This document shows positions 12,873 to 25,489 of a stretch of 64,000 nt of DNA, one piece after another. The notes under the pieces are model-generated. The model was not told where the DNA came from. It made no database searches and was given only the letters and a program-made list of their open reading frames with translations. Position numbers and translations under genes: made by a program. This DNA comes from Antedon mediterranea (taxonomy: Eukaryota; Animalia; Echinodermata). How positions within the stretch are numbered: position 1 is the stretch's first letter; each line of letters begins with the position of its first letter. The stretch covers positions 20,832,001-20,896,000 of the forward strand of contig NC_092671.1 in NCBI RefSeq assembly GCF_964355755.1. The letters run 5' to 3'.

Positions 12873-13679
12873 TAGTCCTTATGTATATGTTCTTTGATGA
12901 TTTTTCATTTTTACTTGAGCAGGTCTCTCTGCAATGATAATGTGGAATTACTAACTTGGCAGTGATTTTAATTTCCATGTGAATGATGATGGTGATACTC
13001 ATGCTAATACATTTCTTGATTTTTTACATAGAAATGCGTACTAATGTTGATGGTAACATCTCTCGCCTGCTTTGACGACTTGCCATCTGATCATATGGCT
13101 TAAACTGCTTTGGTAAACCTGAGTTGTCCACCTTCTATTGTTGTGCAGACATCAGCACAAGCTTTAGGAAATCAATCGCGTTGAGTTCTGTGATGATATT
13201 CGTTCATCTTCACTGTTACCCAATCCTTTAGACTAAACACCCTAGTCCAAAAAAACAATTCTCTTCTTGACAAGCATTCGCTGGTGGTTGACCATAAAAT
13301 CAACTTCGGAGTGAGAAACGTCTAAAGCGTATTGCAGAGAGAAAGTGGAAGAAGTCAAACAGCAGTACTGATAAACAATCTCATCATAGCTCCTGTTGTG
13401 ACTACTCATTACACCTTACAGAAGCAAAAAAAAACAGTATCACACTATACTCATTTTCAGGTAGCGTAAACCTTTTTAATGTAGTCAACAAACTTACAGA
13501 TCCAGGTCATGGTCAAGTTTTGCCTTTATATGCTGAACCTGAGGCCCTCACTGAAGAATTTGCTGACTATTTCCGAGATAAAATTCAGAAGGGCAACAAT
13601 CTTAGTGTGCTGATTTTTCCTCCGGAACCTGCAGTGCAACCACTAGCTACTTCAAGAGGTAAATTTCCATCACACTTAA

Positions 13680-15260
13680 AGGGGGTTCCGGGTTTAAAAT
13701 GAATAGTAAAAAATGTAAAATATATTTGTTTGTCTCTTGAACGGTAAAAGTTTCAATTTATATAAGCGCCCAGTGAAGCAGAACGAAGGCTGTGAAATAA
13801 GGCCAGATTACAAGTGCAGCTACGGCGATATGACACTGTGTTACAGAATAGGAAATTCGTGAAATGGTCAATCTTCCGACGACTCGTTATCAATAACCAT
13901 ATCAATTACTTTTGTAAAATTATACTTTTCTGATGTAATTTTAGTCGGTCTTCCCATTTATAAAGTCAATTTTCTATGAAAATTCATCAAAACAGTGAAA
14001 AATTAGATATGTTTGCACTTTACGTTTGCCGATTTTCGCACTGACTTAGGGAAAGCCTTCAAAATCAATGAAGCGTAACATATACATTCCTGCTGAGCGA
14101 GCGAGGAGAGCGAAACGACGATACACGTGCTCTACCTGCCCGTGCCTGGCATCGTCACGTGATAAGCAGATACAGTATACAATAACAAACTGGTCGGGTC
14201 GAGTATACCCCGTCTATAATTACAACATTAACGATGTACAGTATGTGATTGAAGGTCGACTCGACCTACCGGAATGGTATAGATATTATAGCTCGAATGA
14301 GAGAGTTGGAATATTTGTAAACATATAAGTATTGCTAATTTTAAGAAGTGTAGCCTAGTAAAAGGCCTGGTAGTATCAATTCGCATAGGGTCTACTACGC
14401 TAGCTAGCTCAATTTTTAACTGGGCCGGATCGGCTAGGTCTCCTTCCTACAACCTGGTCTACTTGCTTGATGCAGTAGTATCCGCTTTTTTTGGAGAGTA
14501 AACTAGGCTTTTTTAGGCCTACGTAGACGATCGGGACACCATACGTGCGGACGGCGATATTTACAGCCGATTTTGTAGTATGTTTTAGGTTTAGATTGTT
14601 TAGGAGTTTGGTTGATAGGATGGGTTTGGAACCCACTGTGTTTTGTTATTTATGGGCCAATCGTTTAGTAGTAGGCTATCTAGGCCCATGATGGGCCCCA
14701 ATGTTTTAACGTTTTAATCCATAGTCAGAATGGCTCTCACCCATGAAAAAAAATGATTTAGGCTAGGCCTAGCCTAGTACGTGAAGCCGATAATACAATC
14801 TACTATTCGACGTATAAAAATAGTATATTTATGACTCCGTAATCTGTACTAAATTTTGTATTTCATTAAATGTCAAATAAATATATGCTACTACTGTTAT
14901 TATTACACTTTAGGCCTAGCTTAGAAAATCTACAAAAAATGTATTTCACAATGATCGGGTGGTTGTCGTTTGACAGAGGAGAGAGATGTAAATTTAGTTG
15001 ACAAACACAACGTACATGACGTCGCGAGTTTGGAATCCACTGATGACGTGATTTTGTGAATATCTCATGAATATTAATGAGCTTCCCTAAGCTGCTGAAA
15101 AACAGACTGACTTTCCATGAATTTACCCTAAAATGTATATGAAATTTAATTTTTTTAATTTCTCATTATTATTTCTTCATTCTGACATGTCTATATTGTT
15201 ATATTTGTTATTTAATAAATAAACGATATTTAAAAGCAATTTTAAACCCAGAATCCCCCT
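13680..15260. mobile_element. Kolobok-like non-autonomous transposon
   Basis: TTAA|AGGGGGTTCCGGGTTTAAAAT ... TTTTAAACCCAGAATCCCCCT|TTAA; removing it rejoins LINE RT 'FPSHLK|HAI'. RR..YY termini argue against piggyBac (YY..RR). Confidence 0.8.
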
Positions 15261-16129
15261 TTAAAGCATGCCATCGACATCACTCCTATAATTAAACAAG
15301 GCCATATGCATGGCTGAAGTTGTGTGCGCAAATTTGAGTTAGTGTTTACCGACCGACATGGTGTAGCGTTGCACGCGAAATAAAATCCTAAGCTGGATCA
15401 CAATATACTTGCTAACTACCGACCTATATCAAACATTTCCTTCCTTTCCAAGGTGCTTGAAAGAATTGCATGCATACAGCTTTAGAATTACCTTGCAGAA
15501 TATAAACTTCTCGGAAACTTTCAGTCTGCATACAGGGTCAACCACAGTACTGAAACAACACTAGTTCGTGTGCACAATAATTTGATTAGGGCCATTGACA
15601 TGGGTCACGAAGTACTTTTAGTTCTATTGGAGTATTCTGCTGCTTTTGATACTAGTACAGGAAAACTATGAAATATGGTTGAAAATATTTATTTCACCAC
15701 AATGCATTTCTATAAGGTCCCTATATAAACATACCTGTACTAAAAGTCTAGAATAATCCAGGTAAGGGAAATAGGGATTTTTTAAACAAAATGGCCACCA
15801 ATGAAAGTGAAAATGCCTAAAACAAGACAAAATAACATATTGAACGATAGATATAATTACCACTTTATAACGTTTTTGCATTTGCTTTATAAATTTATTT
15901 CCAGTTTGGAAGATCTCAAAGTGCCATTAATTAGAAAATGGCCACAAAAAAACATATCTTTAAGTATCTATATCCCTACGTTATATTATAGAAAATTCAG
16001 TACTATGCTTAATGCATACGTCTACGGTAATAAATCAGTTCATTTACATTTGTACTGTCATAACAATATACTTCAACAATGGTAACGCCAGCGAGGAGGG
16101 CTATAGGTAGGGGGATCATATGGGGAACG

Positions 16130-16860
16130 GTAAGGTGATCATCTTTTCACCAAATTTTCTGTTAGAATAAATGTAAATATGTATATTTCCAACAATTTGA
16201 TACCAAATTTAAGTTTCTACGACCAGTACTTACAGAGATATGAAGATGCCCTGGTATGTGGGTCAAAGGTCAGAAAGGGCATTTCTGATCATTTTTGACT
16301 AAAATGCCCCATTAGACTGAATATGAATGCATGCCTTATGAACATTTTGAGACCAACATTGACTTGCTGCGACCAGTGGTTGCCGAGATACAAGTAGTAT
16401 ATTTGTTCATATAACCCTTGACCCTGACTCTTTGACCTTTTGTAACATTTTTCAAAATGTGTAACAAATAACAAAATCTATATTTCGAACAGTTTAAGAC
16501 CAAATTCAAGTGTCTACGACCAGTAGTTCCGGAGATACATACATGCCCTGGATTGTGGGTCAAAGGTCAGAAATGGCATTTCCGGTCATTTCCCATTAGA
16601 CTGAATATAAATGTATACTTTCTGATCAATTTGAGACCAAAATTACCTGGCTGTGACCAGTGGTTGTCGAGATTTAAGGACCTATTGGTGTTTGGTATTA
16701 TAACCTTTCACCCTGACCTTTTGACCTTTCGCCACATTTTCCAAAATGTGTAACCAATCCAAAAATGATTGTTTGATCATCCTAAAGCAATTTCTGAAGT
16801 CAAATTCTCTGGACCTCAAAGTGCATACGAAAGTTGATCTAGCTACTAGAGTAATAAGGT
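16130..16860. repeat. Repeat fragment with internal ~295-bp duplication (probably Helentron-like)
   Basis: 16200-16460 is similar to 16497-16752 (ctacgaccagta..gggtcaaaggtcagaa..cccattagactgaatat..tgaccttt); no clear termini. Confidence 0.5.
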
Positions 16861-16889
16861 AGAACAATTATTTATTTTTTGAGGCTAAA

Positions 16890-19800
16890 ATGGAAGAACC
16901 TCCTCCAGCCGAAGCAGCAGTTGCTGTGGATCAAGCGGGAGGTAATGCTGGGGCACCAGTCGCCACGCAACGTGCATTACCTTTAGCGGCATTTACGCTC
17001 AAGCTACCGCCATTTTGGGCTAACGATCCCGCGATATGGTTTGCCCAAGTAGAAGCGCAGTTTGCAACTCGCAATATTACCACGGAAGCTACCAAATTTG
17101 CCTATATCGTGGCGTCGTTGCAGCCTTTGATCGTCCAGGAGGTACGTGATCTGCTTTTAGCTCCTCCTGCTGAGGGTCCATACAGCAAGTTAAAGGAAGA
17201 GTTAATTAAGCGGACCTCTGATTCGGAGAAGAAACGGTTACACCAACTGCTAACTACGGAGGAATTGGGTGACCAACCAACTATTGCGCAAAATGTATCA
17301 GTTGTTAGGCAGCCGCACATTAGAGGATTTGATCTTGAAACAGTTGTTCATTCAGCGTTTTTCCAATAACGTGCAACTGATTTTAGCGGCAACAGGCGGA
17401 AACGTTACCGTCGCTCAGATAGCGGAATTAGCCGACAGAATTTTAGAGGTGTCTCACAGCCCACCCAGAGTAGTCGCAATCTCTAACCCGATAGGTGCTA
17501 ACACCGACCGAAACGAAATTCAAACGCTACGGGCTGAAATTAACAAGTTGACCGCAATGGTATCATCCTTGGCAAACGATCAACATCGAGATAAGAGCAG
17601 AAGCAGAAGCCGAAATCGGAACCGTTCTTCTAGTGCTAAATGAACACAAACCAATGAAAATTACTCAGAGCAGTGCTGGTATCCCACCCGGTTTGGCAAG
17701 GCAACACGTAGATGCAGGTCGCCATGCAATTTCTCAACTTCGGAAACTCCAAAGCCGGCGAATAACTGCGACGAATTCGTGCGGCACCGTTTCTGATAGT
17801 CGCTTATTTCACAATTATGATAGAGATACTGGACTAAAGTTTTTAGTAGATACGGGAGCCGAGATAAGCGTCCTTCCTGCAACAAAACAAGACCGTCAAC
17901 TGCGAAAAAGTGATTTTGTTTTGCAAGCAGTTAACAACTCTCAAATCAGCACCTATGGTGAACATTCTTTAACACTTGATTTTGGTTTTAGGCGGACATG
18001 CAGATGGGTGTTTACTATAGCCGATGTTCCTTCAGCAATTATCGGCGCAGACTTTCTGCAACATTTTCCCAAAATCACACGTCCGAGTTTCAAAGAGGCC
18101 AAATTAAAGCATGATGTCACTCATCGTATAACTACCAAAGGTCCATCGATCGCTGCCCGACCTCGGAGATTGGCTCCACAGAAACTTAAAATCGCAAGAG
18201 CCGAGTTCGACCATATGCTTCAGCTGGGCATTTTTCAACCGTCAAAAAGTTGCTGGTCATCGCTGCTTCACATGGTTGCGAAGCAAACAGAAGGTGATTG
18301 GAGACCATGTGGAGACTACAGAGCCCTCAATAATGCTACAGTTCCGGATAGATATTCAATCCCTCATATTCACAATTTCACAGCTACACTTCAGGGAAAG
18401 TGTTCTCCAAGATTGACCAGATTCCAGTTGCACCAGAAGATGTGCCGAAAACTGCAATAACGACACCATTTGGGATGTTCGAATTTTTAAGAATGCCGTT
18501 TGGACTTCGAAACGCAGCACAGACATTCCAGCGGTTCATCAATAAAGTTCTACGTGGTTTAGATTTTGTATACGCATACAACGACGATCTTCTCATAGCC
18601 AGCAGTGACGAACAAGAATACGAAATTCACCTCAAGTTGTTGTTTGACCGTCTTGAAGAATTTGGTAATGTAGTTAATCCTGTCAAATGTGAATGGGGAG
18701 TTTCGTCTTTGACATTTCTGGGACATCATATCGACGACATGGGTATCTGACCACTACGTTCCAAGATAGAAGCTATCGAAACATTTCCGGTACCCGACAC
18801 AGTCCGTAAACTGCGTGAATTCTTAGGATTAATCAACTTCTACATGCATTTTATTCCTCGATGTTCAGATTTAGTTCATTCGTTGACTGATTTACTGGCA
18901 GGGAAACCTCGAAAATAAATTACATTACCACCGACAGCGATAACGGCCTTTGAGGCTGTTAAGGTAGTACTTGCAGAGGCAACTTATCTGGAGTATCCCG
19001 ATTCATCTGCCAAATTATGTTTAATGGTTGATGCATCTAACTTTGCGGTTGGTGGTGTGCTACAACAGATGGTAAAAGACATCTGGCATCCTATCGCATT
19101 CTTCTCGCGCAGAATGAATCCTGCTGAAACAAGGTACAGCACATTCGGACGAGAACTGTTAGCCGCTTACCTTGCTATCCAGCATTTTCGTCATTTGCTG
19201 GAAGCAAGGGAATTTTTCATCCTCACAGATCACAAACCGCTCACATTTGCACTGAAAGCCAGCTCGAACCGCTACTCACCTCGAGAGATTCGTCACCTGG
19301 ATTACATCTCACAATTTACCACCGATGTCCGACACGTTAAGGGTTCTCAAAACGAAGTTGCAGACGCATTATCTTGCATCAATCTTAACACCTTTAACAC
19401 ACCTGTCCTTACTGCGAAGTCGTCAGATGTCATTGACTTCACCTTCATGGCCGAGCGCAGCAGAAGAATGATGAGGAGTTACTTTGTCATTTGCAAGAGT
19501 CGACTTTTGATTTGCATGACGCACCAATAGCCACCAGTGATGGAACTATCGTATGTGACATAAGTACGGGCACTCCTCGACCTTTCGCAGGGCCGTGTTC
19601 GATTCGTTACATTCACTATAGCATTCTGGTATTAGGGCTACATTGAAGTTAGTGAGTACGCGATACGTTTGGCCTAGCATGAATCAAGACGTACGTAACT
19701 GGGCGAAGTGTTGTGTTCAGTGTCAGAAGGCAAAAGTACATCGACACACTATTACACCGTTGGGAACTTTCGCCATGCCAGACGCGCGTTTCGATCATGT

Positions 19801-20689
19801 CCACATCGACCTTGTTGGTCCGCTTCCACCGTCTGATGGCAACAGCTACCTATTGACATGCATTGACTGTTTTACAAGATGGGCAGAAGCCATACCTATT
19901 CCCGATATTTCAGCAGCAACTGTCGCTAAAGCTTTCGTTTGTAAATGGGTGTCCATGTTTGGGGCACCATGTTTGGGGCACCATCAACCATTACTACCGA
20001 TCGTGGCAGCCAGTTTGAATCATCGCTGTTTAATGCGTTAGTGAACTTACTGGGAACGAAACGCGTACACACTACATCATACCACCCAATAGCCAATGTA
20101 TTAGTAGAAAGGTTCCATCGCCAACTTAAAGTTTGCGCTCAAGGCCCTCGATGACTCTCAGCTATGGTCAGACGCTTTACCGCTAGTACTTCTTGGTCTT
20201 CGCACGGTGGTCAAGGAAGACTTGGGGCTATCGTCGGCAGAATTAGTTTTCGGCACCGTGTTACGTTTTCCAGGGCAGTTTGTTATGCCTTCTTCCACTA
20301 ATGCTGACTTGGACCCTAGTAACTATGTTCATCGACTGCAGCGCATTATGCAGAACATACGTCCAACACCGACGCGACACAATTCTCGTAAGGTACACAT
20401 CCATACAGATTTAGATAAGTGTACACACGTTTTCATTCGCTGTGATAAAGTCCGCAAGCCTCTACAGTGCCCTTACAATGGCCCGTTTAAAGTTGTTAGC
20501 AGAAGCGACAAATTTTTCGTTGTACAGCTCGCAGGAAAACAGGACACAGTAAGTCTCGATAGACTGAAACCGGCTTACTTAGATACGGATCAAACTAATT
20601 CTACGGTCAGAGACGCACATTGCAAGTGCACCGCCACCCCGCAAAACTTGCTCTGGACGACATGTACATTGGCCACAAAAATTCAATGA
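16890..20689 (+). pseudogene. Ty3/Gypsy gag-pol, disrupted
   Basis: Gag KLPPFWANDPAIWFAQVEAQF; protease FLVDTGA; [31 protein letters not shown]; RNase H VDAS..GGVLQQ, RELLA, TDHKPL; integrase HHCC zinc finger, HIDLVGPLP, TDRGSQFES, ERFHRQLK, PYNGPF. Frameshifts near 17270, 18400 and 19970; stops near 17641, 18748 and 18916. Confidence 0.95.
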
Positions 20690-20777
20690 GCATGATTGTA
20701 CCTGAACACTTTTTACTTACTTTATGAACTTATTTTTCTATCGCTCTCACCTAGCGGCAAAGAGCTAGGGGGAGCTA

Positions 20778-21347
20778 TGTAGGAACTTCACACACATATT
20801 TGCGTGTGTGCGCTCAGCGCGTAGAAGTTATGCAAATTGCTGCTGTTGTAAATATAGCGAAGCGAGCGAGCGATCTCTCTCTGCGTCAAGTTTTCAACGA
20901 GAAGACATTGACATTTTTATGAGCAAATCATTAGCGAGTTTTTACTAGTTTTACGATAATTAGTTGTTCTAATTATTAGCACTATTACAATTCGATATTA
21001 GCGTTATAACTTTTCTTCATATTTTATTATGTGTTACTGTATGTTATCGTGTTTCAATTATTGTACCGTTGTATATATATCGTCCTGAACTGGCCTAGGC
21101 TTTACACTGCGCACGTACTACGCGCTTTGTGTGGATATTGTGACTGCTACACTCTGTGCATAGTTTATTTACTTCGAGCCTAGGATACTTCCAGCTTTGG
21201 ACTTCGTTTGACTGCTACAGTACTCCATTACCGTATTCTAAATAGGGTAAGTAAGACCGAATTACTTATTTTCCTAAACATATATCAGGAAAACAATAAT
21301 AAATATAATCTCTTCATAATTATTTTGTTTCTCCAATCTTGTCTACA
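20778..21347 (+). mobile_element. 3' LTR of the Gypsy element
   Basis: Preceded by the polypurine tract AAGAGCTAGGGGGAG; TGTAG...CTACA termini; AATAAA near 21298. No matching 5' LTR upstream of gag. Confidence 0.75.
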
Positions 21348-21503
21348 TAGGGGGCCTGTTGCTGCTGCAACTGCTTAAAATATGATATAAAATATTTTTT
21401 ATACCATATTTTTTAGTACCCCATTTCTGCTAACAATACTTCTTGGGTGGTCGTGAGAAAATTCATCCTTCTAACCCAAACTGCCATTCGTGAGCCGGAA
21501 GTC

Positions 21504-22536
21504 CAGTGGCGGATCTAGGATCTGACGAGGGGAGGCTCCGAAATAAAAAAAAAATAGATGCTTACACACTGTTTAATAGGCTAGAGAAACTGTTTCTATC
21601 ACACTTAATAACAAATATTACATAATGTAAATTTAAATAAATACTGTACGGATCTTTTTCGACGAACTAATAATAAACTTTGATCGAAAAACCTTCAAAC
21701 AAAATGAACATTTGGTAATGCGGTACTCCGAAAATGCCTTGATAGTGCATGTGTTGTGTACCGTGTTTTGGTGGTCTGTTAACCTCAGAGATATATACCC
21801 TACAGCCGGGTGAATAACTCAATGTAATTTGGTATACAATGATTGCAGTAATCGCGGTGTCTATAACACAAATAAAAAAACGCCAAATACGCCACATACT
21901 TTTTTTGGCCGTCCCGTGTACATACAAGACATTTTATGTTTATTTTATGCCTATAAAATAATAAAAGAACACCATGTTTCTCGTTTATTTTTATCGTTTA
22001 TACTGCATACTATAATATTATACATAAAACCTTCATGCGCAAGAAAAAAGTTCCCGATATTACACTCCACTCAGGGGTGTAAATATACCAGGTCCATGCT
22101 AACGCTTGCACACACAGACCAGGGCGGCGGAAATTAACTGCAATGGAAAATGGTGTATTTTTGGAGAGTGATGACGTCAGTATTCACATGAGGAGCGAGC
22201 TAGACAACGTGTGACGCTGGTAGTTTTAGGAGTGCATGTGTACTGTTTTGAAAATAACTCAGTTGTGGGTATTTTCCGAAGATTTTAAATCGCGTTTTCT
22301 TTTTAAACTCTTGAATTCATAATAGTAATTGAACTCTTAGCTCTTTCAATGTGTAGGCCTATTTACACAACTATTAATGCTAACCCTAGCTCTAGTAGGG
22401 CCTAGCTAGGCCTAACTCTTCTTAATTAAAAGATTAATCCACGTCTAGCGACGGTCAATCGCGGGTAGGTTGCATCTTTTTTTTTTTTTTTTTGAGAATT
22501 AAAAATTCACCCCCCCGTCCCATAGATCCGCCACTG
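21504..22536. mobile_element. hAT-like non-autonomous element
   Basis: TIRs CAGTGGCGGATCTA and TAGATCCGCCACTG; degenerate flanks ggAAGTC/acAAGTC. Confidence 0.75.
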
Positions 22537-24942
22537 ACAAGTCTATTCTGTACTCCTGCTTTATTTTTTTAGAAATGTCTTTATAAATGTGGTTGTACCT
22601 TTATTACCTTTTAGTCGGCTGGACATTTTAGAGTGTACGTGTACTTTGTATAAGTTCACTCAATTTGAAAAGTCACTATGTGTCTGTGTGGGTGTGTTGG
22701 AGTTGCATGTACATCAAATTAGACTTAGATTTCAAGTATCTAGAGGTGTGAATAAGATGTGGGATTAAGGTATTACACTGTAAAATTACTAACCGTCTAA
22801 ATATATTTAATACTGACCTAGAAAACATCAATGTTTTAGAAAGGTCACATTCACTTAGCAAATGTAACATTAAGTCACAGATCTTCTTTATGGAAAGTGT
22901 TGAAAAGTAAGACACATAATTACGCGAGTACGCGTATTTGAAATTTCAAAATGCGCACAATTAATTTCTAATCATATCGCATACAGTGTAATCCGTAAAT
23001 ACTGATGCTCTATGACACAAAATGGGTACAATTCAGCACTGTAAACATATTTATTTCATGACATAGGATGGCATAATAATTGTCGGTGTTTATATTTTAA
23101 CGTATGTGCATGTTGCGTTTGCGTGTTTTGTGTTAACATAACATTTCATAAATTTGTCAACATATGGACATTTATATGAAGCTGGCTAGCTAGTACATAG
23201 ATGCCCACACTAAAAAAACAAATCAACAATCCCTTCCCACATGTGGTTTTTGGCCTTTCACGCATCAGTGAAAGGCCAAGCATAGCATACTTATATCACG
23301 ATGTTAAATTCTATGTGAACGCTCTTCCTGTTAACGTGATATTCAATATCACGATACGAGAGCACGTATAAAGAAATGTGAACATGGCTATTGTAGGCCT
23401 TCTTTGATGTTAATTAACCAATTAATTAGTATTTCCTGTCACCCATTGGTGTTTGTTGTTTTTTGTATAATTTGATCACTTGATCTTGAAAATGTTCCAT
23501 GATGGTTCCGAAACGTCGACCTTTTTTGTTTTTGTCATTAAATGTTATTTTAAAGCTATATAGTAAAAGCGTCTATTAATTCGATCACCTAATAATAAAG
23601 AAAATAAAGAGATCGTACAATCACAAGGAGTTATCCGCTACTAAGTGGATAACTAATAACATTAAACATCCTCACAATATTTCTAATCTTAAAACCCGAA
23701 CAGACACTAATTAATAGCCTCTCTTTAGCCAGCATATATCGGCCTAAAAGTGGGAAGAATCATCCCATCACACCTGGGGTGAATCGACCCGGATTCAACT
23801 AGTTATAATAATTTAGGCCTATTAAGAAACATATGTATTTGGTGTTTGGAAAAAATGGTGCTGAAGATTATATTTGGAAGGATTGGCGAGCATGAGTGGG
23901 AATTTGGCCAAAATACAATAGATTATTGATCGTGAGATTGAATTCAAAGCTTGCCACATTGCTTGTATATTTAGGCAAGATCCTTTAATAATAACAGGAT
24001 ATTTGTTCTTTTTTGGTCTAATAATTTAAGGGCAAACGACTATTTTTGTCACACGATAGACATTAGCCATGGCCTACATCTATGTCATTAAATTCAAAGG
24101 AAGCGAAAGGTTTTGTGTTGCTTATATTTTACCGTAATACTTACCTTTATTGGTCAAATGATTTGTTTTATTGCACAATAACTATGTAATTATGCGTTTA
24201 TTGATATTGTGTAATAAAATAAAATGATCAGTATTACATTCCTTTTCCAAAGATACCATGGATGACCAAGTTTAGTGTGGAACATCGGCCATTTTGAAAT
24301 ACAAAATAGCAGCTGAAGGAGTGGTCGAAAAAAAATGGCACCTAACTTTTTTGGATTCAGCATCTCAAGAATAACAAAATTAGCTAAAAAAAAAATCTAT
24401 TTAGGCACAAATATCAAGCAAGACATAACAATCCATACTACAGTATTACCAAAAAAAACCAAAAAACTGTAGGCCTACTTTAATGTTTCACATTCTTTGA
24501 ATGGAAACGATATTTTCATTAAACTGAAACTTTTTTTTCAACTCGGCAGTTTGCCAATATAATTAATAATAATAAATTATTTGTACAGATTTACAATTGA
24601 GGATTGGCTGTAAACAAAAATAGATAGCTAGCTTTAGTTGCATAACATTTGTACAATAGTGATCTGTGGAGCACGATGTCATTGAGATCAACCAATCAGA
24701 AAGAAGACGTGCCTTTACTGACAAAAGGATCACACTAAAAGGTCAAGAGAAGTAGGTCAACCATTCTTATACAAGATTTATATCACATAATTTCTTCAAT
24801 AGAGGTCACGCTCTTCAAAATAATGTAAACACAAAAATACACTTACAGTACTGTACTATTGTATTCACTTCCTTTTAGAAAGACAGAAACACTTAAAAAC
24901 ATTATTTTTAACTATATACAAAATGTTAAGTTGTCAACGTAC

Positions 24943-25042
24943 CATAAACTTAAGGTCTGTGTTTAAAATCCAAATAAATCTAGATATATCTGGATTTTCA
25001 TCAATAGGCTCAGCAACCCAACCGCCTGGTCCATTTTCTCCA
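24943..25042 (-). CDS. STARD3: STARD3 exon: START domain (RGENGPGG...WILNTDLK)
   Basis: tttttcAG acceptor; (R)GENGPGGWVAEPIDENPDISRFIWILNTDLKFM; the first in-frame GT donor is ATG|gtacgt, so the lower boundary is slightly uncertain. Confidence 0.9.
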
Positions 25043-25184
25043 CTGAAAAATAAAACAGCACTTCAAATATTATTGACCTATTAGATTTAAAATATAGTGT
25101 TTGACTGGGACAACGTGTAACAAACAGTAACAGTTTACATAGCATCTCACAACTTACGGATATGATATCCGCCGTCTTTGCGGA

Positions 25185-25258
25185 TACAATGTATGGTTAT
25201 GAAACTCATCTTGTCAGCAAGAGGTCGCAGGTTCCAATCCTATCAAAGGCATTTTTTC
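25185..25258 (+). repeat. Degenerate tRNA-derived SINE head
   Basis: ..TGGTTA.. followed by gaggtcgcaGGTTCCAATCC (B-box-like) and a T-run; no intact cloverleaf. Confidence 0.4.
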
Positions 25259-25489
25259 ACATGATCAATATAATTTAAGGGACTATATCGCAAAACCATG
25301 TTCATTAAATTTATTTTATAACTTCACAGTGTTAACAGCATTTTGGTTATAATTATATATGTTAATAGGCATACTATTTAGTACACTATACTAAACGTTC
25401 CTTTCAAAAAGTAAGTCTATATTGATTGATACTTTTATGTATTATTAGGTGATCATTTAGAATAAAATGATCACTTATTGTTTAGAAAT

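Larger units (their letters stand above)
11850..15652 (+). mobile_element. Degenerate L2/CR1-like LINE (EN+RT) interrupted by two DNA transposons
   Basis: Motifs: WNE.RSL.., IVYRPP (12197), DFNFH (~12964), FADYFRDKI, FPSHLKHA, LANYRPISNISFLSKVLE, FQSAYRVNHSTETTL, YSAAFDT; many stops and frameshifts. Confidence 0.85.

Noticed and set aside
13680-15260. piggyBac assignment for the TTAA-flanked elements (also 43053-44148)
   Set aside because: Termini are purine-first (AG, AA) rather than CC/YY, which fits Kolobok better.
22676-22780. Candidate final STARD3 exon (ttttacAG then CNTLIPHLIH..)
   Set aside because: Poor match to the START C-terminus; exon 3013-3165 fits far better. It cannot be excluded as a minor alternative.
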